From: Candidatus Saccharimonadota bacterium
Lineage (GTDB): Archaea; Micrarchaeota; Micrarchaeia; Micrarchaeales; Micrarchaeaceae
Assembly (NCBI GenBank): GCA_963705375.1
Contig: OY970071.1
Span: forward strand, 1,170,001 to 1,202,000
Direction: 5' to 3'
DNA: 32,000 nucleotides
Positions 1-8,600 of this stretch are shown here, in pieces. Positions within the stretch are counted from its first letter, which is position 1. Each line of letters starts with the position of its first letter. The notes beneath the pieces were generated by a model. The model was given only the letters and a program-made list of their open reading frames with translations, was not told where the DNA came from and made no database searches. The position numbers and the translations under genes are program-made.

Positions 1-917
1 TCGTCTATGCTCTCTTTTATTTCGAACACTCTTTCCATGTTGATGCCTGCATTTTCCATTGCTTCTTTCTCGAACACATGCACCCTGACCCCCAGGCGCG
101 CTTCCCTAAGCCTTGGGATTATATTGTTGTTTATTTCTCCTATAAGGACTCTGCTGATGTTATCCTGTATGGCTTTCAGCGCATTTGTCACTTCTGCATC
201 CAGTTTCGCTTTCGTTTCTGCATTCACCGCATCTGACACTTCTTCATTCGGTACAAATTTAGCAGCATTCCTTGCAGCTGCCTCCAGTCTCATGTTGAGC
301 ACACGCATATTGCGTCCGTGCGCGAGCGATTCGGTAATTCCTAGCATCTCTTTGTTTATTGTGCAGGTGTGAGGGTTTTCATCAATTTTGGCTTGATCAT
401 ATTGCAGTACTGCGGCTAAACTCACAATGCCTTGCCACAGAACATGCACTTGCGCGGCGCCCTCAATGCTCAGAGGATCCTTGTCCTTAAAGTGATTCAT
501 AAGTGTGTAGAGCGGGTTCGTCTCTTCGTTCAAGGAGCCGATCTTCTTATCTGATCTGAGCGTACAGCCGTTCCCTGGCGCTTTCGCCTCTCCTGGTGCC
601 TCAACCCGTAAGAGCCTGCTGTTCTGGAGTCTGCTGTTTATGTTGCGTATCGGCTGAATCAAGATGGAGCTGCCGAAACTGCATTTTTCGAATGCAGCTA
701 TCATCTGGCCTATCAGTTCCGGGTCTTTTTTCAGCTTATCGTACTTATCAATGTACTCTTTAAATTCAAGAACTGCTTTTGCGTCATTGCTCTGGAGAGT
801 CGTCTTGTCCATACTTTCTATGGTCTCCTTTATCTCCGTCAGCCTGGCGAATCTTTGTGTTTCCTGAGCGTCATTGTCCTCTTGTGCGTTCTGCTCTTTT
901 TGTTTATCTGCGGGCAT
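1..917 (-). CDS. hypothetical protein, N-terminal ~305 codons (ORF continues past the left edge of the window)
   Basis: Manual reverse-complement translation from ATG (complement of 915-917) stays open to position 1: MPADKQKSRTHKRT...KAVLEFKEYIDKYDKLKKDPELIGQMIAAFEK...DPLSIEGAAQVHVLWQGIVSLAAVLQYDQ...LREARLGVRVHVFEKEAMENAGINMERVFEIKESID. It is missing from the ORF track because no stop lies inside the window. The + strand ORFs 7..372 and 664..867 are low-complexity antisense shadows of it. No family recognised. Confidence 0.6.
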   Translation of the reverse strand, partial: MPADKQKEQNAQEDNDAQETQRFARLTEIKETIESMDKTTLQSNDAKAVLEFKEYIDKYDKLKKDPELIGQMIAAFEKCSFGSSILIQPIRNINSRLQNSRLLRVEAPGEAKAPGNGCTLRSDKKIGSLNEETNPLYTLMNHFKDKDPLSIEGAAQVHVLWQGIVSLAAVLQYDQAKIDENPHTCTINKEMLGITESLAHGRNMRVLNMRLEAAARNAAKFVPNEEVSDAVNAETKAKLDAEVTNALKAIQDNISRVLIGEINNNIIPRLREARLGVRVHVFEKEAMENAGINMERVFEIKESID

Positions 918-1033
918 TCAATTACAGTAAATAATTAGTTTATCTAGATATACGCCTTGCTTTTTGATACGGCTTTTGACGTAGGGCTTTGCAGCATGCT
1001 CTATATCGCATGTACCGATATGCCAGAGCAAAG

Positions 1034-1041
1034 GTATATAT
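1034..1041 (+). promoter_or_regulatory. TATA-box-like element upstream of the first surface-protein gene
   Basis: gtatatat embedded in aaaggtatatattcg. The in-frame ATG at 1061 lies 27 nt downstream (leaderless option) and ATG 1178 lies further on. Confidence 0.35.
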
Positions 1042-1177
1042 TCGTTTAAGGAGCTCAATTATGCTTGTGGGATGTTGCAATCTGGCTATGCAACGTTCGT
1101 TGCCAGGTAGTGGTAAGAATAACGTGGAAATACGTGCGGTAGAGGGTGCGCTGGAGGGGGGTGTGATAAACGGCAAT

Positions 1178-3535
1178 ATGTTCAGAATCTTAGCCTTGCT
1201 TTCTCTGTTTGTAGGAATATTCTTTATGTCCGGCGTCGCCGGAGCAGTGACTGTGCCCACATCGATTACTTCCTACCTGCCCATAACGATCCAAAACGCA
1301 CAAACCTATGCGTTCCCATCAAACGCCCAAGTGCCAATTTCTTTTAACGCATTGGCATACCAATCATACGAATCAAACAGCCTCAACAATACCGAATTCT
1401 TCTTTGCGAACGGCACGATAATACCATCATGGCTTGAGGGCAACACTCTTAACGAGAATAATGCGGCAAATACCCTATACAAGAGTGCTAATGTTCTCTT
1501 CTGGTTGAGGATCTATCCAAGCAACAGCTTCTTCTGCGCATCATGCTCAAACACCATCTATCTCGGATTCGCTTCAAAAACCACAAGCATGCTAAGCAGC
1601 ACTATAACCGGCGAAGCACCACAGTTAAGCTCTTCTTATGGCGCTTATGATGACGGTGCAAACGTCTTTGCACTATATGACGACTTTACAGGCACAGCAC
1701 TGAACGCCAGATGGACCGAATGGGACTCATCTGCCGGAACGTTAGCTGTCTCAAACAGCCTTTCGCTCACGGCAACTTCCACTTCGCACGCATTTGGGGT
1801 GTATGTATCATATACTCCGACAACAAATGGAATTGTTACAGAAACATACCTTACTGCTACAAACCCGACTGCAGGATATAGGCTCTTCGAAGGATACGGC
1901 ACTCTTAGCTCATCAACTGCAGAACAGAACGGATATATCGGCAGGCTTGATGGAAATGGCAATCAGGCCCTTTATTTGTCTAGAATGTCTGCTGGAGTCC
2001 AGGCGGACATCTCAAACACACCTGACGTCTTGACGACTGGTGGCAACTACGTAAGCAGTCTTCTATGGCAGGGTAATTCTAATTCTCTATCCTTTGCTGA
2101 TCTGACTAATGGTCATTCGCTGCTTGCCACCAATACCCTCTATGGCCTTCCAAGCATGGCCCAAGTCTCAATCGCGCTTGGCGCTGCCACCAGCAACCAC
2201 TACATCACGCACTGGTTCCGGATAAGGCAGGCTCTTCCCAACAACGGAGTAGTTCCAACAGAAACATCTGGTGTGGTCACTCTTGCTGGCCTAACGGCAA
2301 CCCCTGACCCATACACGCTCACGAACACCTCCATAGACGTTAAGCAGATTTCGATTGCAAACACGATCATATCTGGAGGCACTTCCGGCACGACTTCCTA
2401 TACTGGCAACTGGGTATGGTCTCCACCCGCTTCATCAAACATAGTGCTCAGCAATACGATAATAGCTGCAATTCCAACAACAAACAACGCGCTGACGCTC
2501 ACAATCAACGCAGTCTCATCAAACAGCCTGAAGATGACTTTCAACGGCATAGTATATTATGCGAACGCGATAGGCACGAACACGATCTACGGGACATGGA
2601 CATTCAATGCGTTCGCAAGCGACGCTAACCATGATGCTGGTCCAAGCCCGGCTCTTACAAACACCCTAACAATATCAGCAACGCCGACTATCTCGGCACC
2701 GACGCCAACCAGTTCGAAGGTTGATGTCGGACAGACCCAGACAATAACCGCGACGATAACAGGAGGAACTCCGAACTACGTAGGAAACGCGATCATAACG
2801 AACTCAGGTTCGATAACGAACACGATCGCAGTACCGTCACAGTCAGGAACCTCATTGTCATCAACATGGACGACCGCTTCCAACGAGATAGGAACAGAGA
2901 CAGGAAACTTCGTGATGAAAGACGCAGTTTCAGTATCCTTCAACTCAATACCCTCAACATCATGGACCGTGTACAACACACTCTCCACACTGACAACGAC
3001 CGGTGCGACAATAGACAACGGACAGTCCAACACGATAACGGCAAGTTGGATCGGAGGCGCACCGAACTTCGCAGTCACATTGTTCTCAGGTTCTTCTGCA
3101 ACATGTTCATCTGACACGACTGTCGCGAACACGGCAGCATCTGTTTCAGGTCAATCGACGACATTCGTTGTCTCTCCGACCTCTTCAACATACTACTGCA
3201 TAGGGGTCAAGGACTCTGCGACATCTGCAGTCTCCGCAAACCAGGTGACTGCGGTTCAGATAGTGGTCAACCCGGCATTATCTATAACAAGTGTCTGGTC
3301 ATCGAACAGCATCGCAGACCAGTCACAATACGAGACAATAACCGGTTCATGGACAGGGGGCACATCTCCGTTCACAGCCAACTTCTACATCACAAACACG
3401 ATAACCGGAAACGTTATCGCAAATTCGCTCACGTCTACGACTTCACCTGCAACATTCACATTCCAGGTGCCCCAGACCAACGACGCACTAGGAGCGCCTC
3501 TGATCACGTTCACAGTTACGGATCAGAGCGGGTAA
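1178..3535 (+). CDS. secreted surface protein: signal peptide + DUF2341-like + LamG/ConA-like lectin region + Ig-like domains (B, A, cap); no membrane anchor
   Basis: ORF 989..3535. Likely start is ATG 1178 (MFRILALLSLFVGIFFMSGVAGA is a signal-peptide-like h-region); ATG 1061 is the alternative. 'PITIQN...NTEFFFANGTIIPSWLEGN...VLFWLRI...IYLGF' fits the DUF2341 pattern. 'GEAPQLSSSYGAYDDGANVF...HWFRIRQALPNNGVVP' fits the adjoining LamG/ConA-like domain. About 130 unique aa follow, then one B-type and one A-type ~99-aa domain and an ~85-aa terminal domain ending TFTVTDQSG*. There is no hydrophobic C-terminus. Confidence 0.85.
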   Translation: MFRILALLSLFVGIFFMSGVAGAVTVPTSITSYLPITIQNAQTYAFPSNAQVPISFNALAYQSYESNSLNNTEFFFANGTIIPSWLEGNTLNENNAANTLYKSANVLFWLRIYPSNSFFCASCSNTIYLGFASKTTSMLSSTITGEAPQLSSSYGAYDDGANVFALYDDFTGTALNARWTEWDSSAGTLAVSNSLSLTATSTSHAFGVYVSYTPTTNGIVTETYLTATNPTAGYRLFEGYGTLSSSTAEQNGYIGRLDGNGNQALYLSRMSAGVQADISNTPDVLTTGGNYVSSLLWQGNSNSLSFADLTNGHSLLATNTLYGLPSMAQVSIALGAATSNHYITHWFRIRQALPNNGVVPTETSGVVTLAGLTATPDPYTLTNTSIDVKQISIANTIISGGTSGTTSYTGNWVWSPPASSNIVLSNTIIAAIPTTNNALTLTINAVSSNSLKMTFNGIVYYANAIGTNTIYGTWTFNAFASDANHDAGPSPALTNTLTISATPTISAPTPTSSKVDVGQTQTITATITGGTPNYVGNAIITNSGSITNTIAVPSQSGTSLSSTWTTASNEIGTETGNFVMKDAVSVSFNSIPSTSWTVYNTLSTLTTTGATIDNGQSNTITASWIGGAPNFAVTLFSGSSATCSSDTTVANTAASVSGQSTTFVVSPTSSTYYCIGVKDSATSAVSANQVTAVQIVVNPALSITSVWSSNSIADQSQYETITGSWTGGTSPFTANFYITNTITGNVIANSLTSTTSPATFTFQVPQTNDALGAPLITFTVTDQSG

Positions 3536-3806
3536 TTCCGTATCAGCAACCAACATAACGCTAGATTTCAGCTGCACCAAACGTATATATACTCTCTATA
3601 CCGTGATTAAAGAAAGGGTTAGTGTCATAGCTGGCAAGTATACGCGAGGGTGGCTGTGCAAGATTTGTCGTTAGGTAACGGAGATACCATGGCTGTTGAG
3701 CTTAAGGTACAGAAGAAGGCTTCTTCGAAGAACAACGTATTGCGGCTTGTTTTCCTCTCATTTATCATTCTTCTGTTTTTGTTCGGGACCGGTGTTTCTT
3801 TTGCGG
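3257..3806 (+). repeat. junction cassette copy 1 (3' cap domain of gene 1 + stop + intergenic promoter/leader + signal-peptide codons of gene 2)
   Basis: Aligns base-for-base with 5123-5673, with only scattered substitutions (roughly 95% identical by eye). Weaker (~80%) homology extends upstream through the A-type domain from ~2990. Confidence 0.85.
3583..3592 (+). promoter_or_regulatory. TATA-box-like element of gene 2 (duplicated at 5450-5459)
   Basis: gtatatatac in caaacgtatatatactctc, about 95 nt upstream of ATG 3689. ggag (3678-3681) sits 7 nt before that ATG as a possible Shine-Dalgarno. Confidence 0.4.
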
Positions 3807-5401
3807 CAGGTTGCGGAACCCTTCCATCAGGCGTGTCTTCGTTTGTAGCATCATGCTACCCTGTAAACATAATCAACAGTCAGACACGCGCAACGTCTTC
3901 AGGTCTGCAGGTTAAGCTATCCAGCTATCCTGTCAACGCGCTTGCTGGCAACACCTTCGTGTACAACTCTGTTTCCGGGATGCAGATGCCCGCATGGGTC
4001 GAGTCCAACGGCATAGTGTGGGTGAACCTTGGCGCAAACACAATAGCTGCCAGTTCCTCAGCCAACAGTATCTATTATGTGGCAGTTGGCGGCTCTGGCA
4101 CAAACTTCTTCACTTCTGGCAACAACATAGGCGAAGCACCGCAATTGTCCGGCAGCAACACTGCGACAGGATATGGCACTTACGATAATGGAGCAAGCGT
4201 GTTCACGCAGTATGGTGGAAAGAGCTGGGCATCCTTCACGCCTGAGAACGGCGTATGGTTGACGTCAAACGGCTTCTTACAGCAAACGTCAAACACTGCA
4301 GGATCTACAACAAATGGCGGCGCTGCTGAAGTCATAACGGGTGCTTCGTACTCTGCAACCGGCAACTACATTCTAGAGCAGGCATTCAACTACTCCAACA
4401 ACGCAGTCGCAAGAGTCGGCATACTTGCAGTCGGAACGGTTGGTACTCAGAACGACGTCTATGCTTATAGGTTCATCGGCCAGCAGAACAACAACGGTGC
4501 AGGATTCTTAAGCTTCTTGAACGACCAAGTGGTATGGGTCGTAAACAACGCCTATCAGGGCGCTATGAACACTGCCTACACTATGTCCGTGACTGATGCT
4601 GCGGGCACATGGAGTGGAAATCTCATCTCAGGCTACAATACTGGTGGGGCTGTACTGACAAGCCTTGCAGCGACGGCGTACTCAACAGCAAACAAGCAAA
4701 GTGCAACTACTGGCTATGTTGGCATAAGTGCATCATGGTACAATGGCGCCAACACTGTGGCCAACCCGCTTGATGTCCAGTGGTTCAGGATGCGAACGTA
4801 TCCTCCTAATGGCGTCATGCCGACCGTGAACTATCTGGCTGCGATATCGCATCCTTATTCTCCATCAACAACTGGCGCAACAATAGATAACGGCCGGTCA
4901 AACACGATAATTGCTAGCTGGTTAGGTGGCGTGGCTAACTTCGCGATCACGTTATTCTCAGGTTCATCATCAACATGTTCATCTGACACAACTGTCGCCA
5001 ACACGGCATCATCTGTCGCAGGACAGTCAACGACATTCGTTGTTTCTCCGACGAGCAACACATACTACTGCATAGGGGTCAAGGACGCTAACGCAGGAGT
5101 TGCGAATCAGGTCACTGCAAATCAGATAGTGGTCAACCCTGTACTATCCATCACAAGTGTCTGGTCATCGAACAACATCGCAGACCAGCTTCAGTATGAG
5201 ACGATAACCGGTTCGTGGACAGGAGGTACATCTCCGTTCACAGCCAACTTCTACATCACAAACACGATCAACGGAAACGTTATCGCAAATTCGCTCACGT
5301 CTGCGACTTCACCTGCGACATTCACATTCCAGGTGCCCCAGACCAACAATGCGCTAGGAGCGCCTCTGATCACGTTCACAGTTGCTGATCAGAGCGGGTA
5401 A
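3689..5401 (+). CDS. secreted surface protein: signal peptide + DUF2341-like + LamG/ConA-like lectin region + A-type Ig-like domain + cap domain; no membrane anchor
   Basis: ORF 3650..5401, where the track start is a GTG. ATG 3689 is preceded by ggag and gives MAVELKVQKKASSKNNVLRLVFLSFIILLFLFGTGVSFA (basic n-region plus h-region). 'YPVNIINSQ...NTFVYNSVSGMQMPAWVESNGIVWVNL...IYYVAVG' is DUF2341-like. 'GEAPQLSGSNTATGYGTYDNGASVF...VQWFRMRTYPPNGVMP' is LamG-like. The C-terminal ~190 aa are paralogous to the gene 1 C-terminus and end TFTVADQSG*. Confidence 0.85.
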   Translation: MAVELKVQKKASSKNNVLRLVFLSFIILLFLFGTGVSFAAGCGTLPSGVSSFVASCYPVNIINSQTRATSSGLQVKLSSYPVNALAGNTFVYNSVSGMQMPAWVESNGIVWVNLGANTIAASSSANSIYYVAVGGSGTNFFTSGNNIGEAPQLSGSNTATGYGTYDNGASVFTQYGGKSWASFTPENGVWLTSNGFLQQTSNTAGSTTNGGAAEVITGASYSATGNYILEQAFNYSNNAVARVGILAVGTVGTQNDVYAYRFIGQQNNNGAGFLSFLNDQVVWVVNNAYQGAMNTAYTMSVTDAAGTWSGNLISGYNTGGAVLTSLAATAYSTANKQSATTGYVGISASWYNGANTVANPLDVQWFRMRTYPPNGVMPTVNYLAAISHPYSPSTTGATIDNGRSNTIIASWLGGVANFAITLFSGSSSTCSSDTTVANTASSVAGQSTTFVVSPTSNTYYCIGVKDANAGVANQVTANQIVVNPVLSITSVWSSNNIADQLQYETITGSWTGGTSPFTANFYITNTINGNVIANSLTSATSPATFTFQVPQTNNALGAPLITFTVADQSG

Positions 5402-5673
5402 TTCCGTATCTGCAACCAACATAACGCTAGATTTTCGCTGCAACCAAACGTATATATACTCTCTATACCGTGATTAAAGAAAGGGTTAGTGTCATAGCTG
5501 GCAAGTATACGCGAGGGTGGCTGTGCAAGATTCGTCGTTAGGTAACGGAGATACCATGGATGTGGGGCTTAAGGTACAGAAGAAGGCTTCTTCGAAGAAC
5601 AACGTATTGCGGCTTGTTTCCCTTTCTTTTATCATTATTCTGTTTTTGTTCGGGACCGGTGTTTCTTTTGCGG
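5123..5673 (+). repeat. junction cassette copy 2 (3' cap domain of gene 2 + stop + intergenic promoter/leader + signal-peptide codons of gene 3)
   Basis: Direct repeat of 3257-3806, including the non-coding 150 bp, the TATA element and the ggag-ATG context. Confidence 0.85.
5450..5459 (+). promoter_or_regulatory. TATA-box-like element of the giant surface-protein gene
   Basis: The same gtatatatac element as 3583-3592, inside the duplicated cassette. ATG 5556 is preceded by ggag. Confidence 0.4.
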
Positions 5674-8600
5674 GTAGTTCCGCATCGGCGACCAACACAT
5701 TCGGCGTCAACGCGCTGCTCACTTCACTTTCAACGACAGGCGCGACGATAGACAATGGCCAGTCCAACACGATAACGGCAAGTTGGACAGGCGGAACATC
5801 GAACTTCGCAATCACCCTCTTCTCAGGTACATTGTCTACCTGCTCCTCTGACACCACTGTCGCTAACACGGCATCTGGCGTTTCTGGGCATTCAACGACA
5901 TTCGTTGTGTCGCCAACCAGCAACACATACTACTGCATAGGTGTGAAGGACAGCGCATCCACTGCCAACACCGCGAACCAGGTAACTGCAGTCCAGATAG
6001 TGGTCAATGCCGCACCGTCCATTTCGCAGCCAACGCCGACAAGTGCGAAGGTCGACGTCGGACAAACGCAGACCATAACCGCGACAATAACGGGCGGAAC
6101 ACCGAACTACGTAGGAAACGCGATCGTAACGAAAGTGGGAGTTATCACAAATACCATTGCAGTTCCTTCACAGGCAGGAACATCACTGACATCAACATGG
6201 ACAACTGCATCTAACGAGATCGGAACAGAGACTGCAAACTACGTGATGAAGGATTCGCTGTCCACATCATTCAACTCAGTCCCATCAACATCCTGGACTG
6301 TTTACAACACGCTCTCTACTCTGACAACGACAGGCGCGACGATTGACAATGGCCAGTCCAACACGATAACCGCGAACTGGATTGGCGGCGCACCGAACTT
6401 CGCAGTAACACTCTTCTCAGGTTCATCCGCAACATGCTCATCTGACACGACTGTCGCGAACACCGCATCAGGCGTCTCAGGTCAATCGACGACATTCGTC
6501 GTCTCTCCAACCAGCAGCACATACTATTGCATAGGTGTGAAGGACTCTGCCTCTACGGCAGTCTCCGCGAACCAGGTCACTGCGGTGCAGATAGTGGTCA
6601 ATGCAGTACCTTCCGTATCACAACCGACTCCGACAAGTGCGAAGGTCGACGTCGGCCAGACACAGACAATAACCGCGACGATAACAGGCGGAACTCCGAA
6701 CTACGTAGGAAACGCGATCATAACAAAAGCAGGAGTTCCCACTAACACTATCGCAGTCCCATCTCAGGCAGGAACTGCACTGTCCTCAACATGGACGACC
6801 GCTTCCAACGAGATAGGAACAGAGACAGGAAACTTCGTGATGAAGGACTCGCTCTCAACATCATTCAACTCAGTCCCATCAACATCCTGGACTGTTTACA
6901 ACACGCTCTCTACTCTGACAACGACAGGCGCGACGATTGACAATGGCCAGTCCAACACGATAACCGCGAACTGGATTGGCGGCGCACCGAACTTCGCAGT
7001 AACACTCTTCTCAGGTTCATCCGCAACATGCTCATCTGACACGACTGTCGCGAACACCGCATCAGGCGTCTCAGGTCAATCGACGACATTCGTCGTCTCT
7101 CCAACCAGCAGCACATACTATTGCATAGGTGTGAAGGACTCTGCCTCTACGGCAGTCTCCGCGAACCAGGTCACTGCGGTGCAGATAGTGGTCAATGCAG
7201 TACCTTCCGTATCACAACCGACTCCGACAAGTGCGAAGGTCGACGTCGGCCAGACACAGACAATAACCGCGACGATAACAGGCGGAACTCCGAACTACGT
7301 AGGAAACGCGATCATAACAAAAGCAGGAGTTCCCACTAACACTATCGCAGTCCCATCTCAGGCAGGAACTGCACTGTCCTCAACATGGACGACCGCTTCC
7401 AACGAGATAGGAACAGAGACAGGAAACTTCGTGATGAAGGACTCGCTCTCAACATCATTCAACTCAGTCCCATCAACATCCTGGACTGTTTACAACACGC
7501 TCTCTACTCTGACAACGACAGGCGCGACGATTGACAATGGCCAGTCCAACACGATAACAGCGAACTGGATTGGCGGCGCACCGAACTTCGCAGTAACATT
7601 ATTCTCAGGTTCATCATCAACATGTTCATCTGACACGACTGTCGCGAACACCGCATCAGGCGTCTCAGGTCAATCGACGACATTCGTCGTCTCTCCAACC
7701 AGTAGCACATACTATTGCATAGGTGTGAAGGACTCTGCCTCTACGGCAGTCTCCGCGAACCAGGTCACTGCGGTGCAGATAGTGGTCAATGCAGTACCTT
7801 CCGTATCACAACCGACTCCGACAAGTGCGAAGGTCGACGTCGGCCAGACACAGACAATAACCGCGACGATAACAGGCGGAACTCCGAACTACGTAGGAAA
7901 CGCGATAATAACAAAAGCAGGGGTTCCCACTAACACTATCGCAGTCCCATCTCAGGCAGGAACTGCACTGTCCTCAACATGGACGACCGCTTCCAACGAG
8001 ATAGGAACAGAGACAGGAAACTTCGTGATGAAGGACTCGCTCTCAACATCATTCAACTCAGTGCCTTCGACATCGTGGACCGTGTACAACACACTCTCCA
8101 CACTGACAACTACCGGCGCAACAATCAACAATGGACAAAGTAACACTATAACCGCGAACTGGATAGGAGGTGCGCCGAACTTCGTTGTAACATTATTCTC
8201 CGGTTCATCATCTACCTGTTCCTCTGACACGACTGTTGCCAACACGGCATCAGGTGTCTCAGGACAATCGACGACATTCGTTGTGACTCCATCAAGTAGT
8301 ACCTACTACTGCATAGGAGTCAAGGACTCTGCTTCAACAGCGGTTTCCGCGAACCAGGTAACCGCAGTCCAGATAGTGGTGAATGCTGGACCCTCAATAT
8401 CGCAGCCAACCCCGACAAGTTCGAAGGTTGATGTGGGACAGACGCAGACCATATCAGCGACAATAACGGGCGGAACACCGAACTACGTAGGAAACGCGAT
8501 AATAACGAACTCAGGGGCGACTACGAACACTATCGCAGTCCCATCTCAGGCAGGAACTGCACTGTCCTCAACATGGACGACCGCTTCCAATGAGATAGGA

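Noticed and set aside
7-867. + strand ORFs 7..372 and 664..867.
   Set aside because: Their products are low-complexity Ser/Phe/Leu-rich translations lying antisense to a long, clean minus-strand ORF (1..917) with normal composition.
940-1260. Minus-strand ORF 940..1260 (106 aa), and the 989-1177 N-terminal extension of the first surface-protein ORF.
   Set aside because: The ORF overlaps the promoter region and the signal-peptide codons of the + strand gene. The TATA-like element at 1034-1041 lies inside the 989 extension, so translation from 989 is unlikely.
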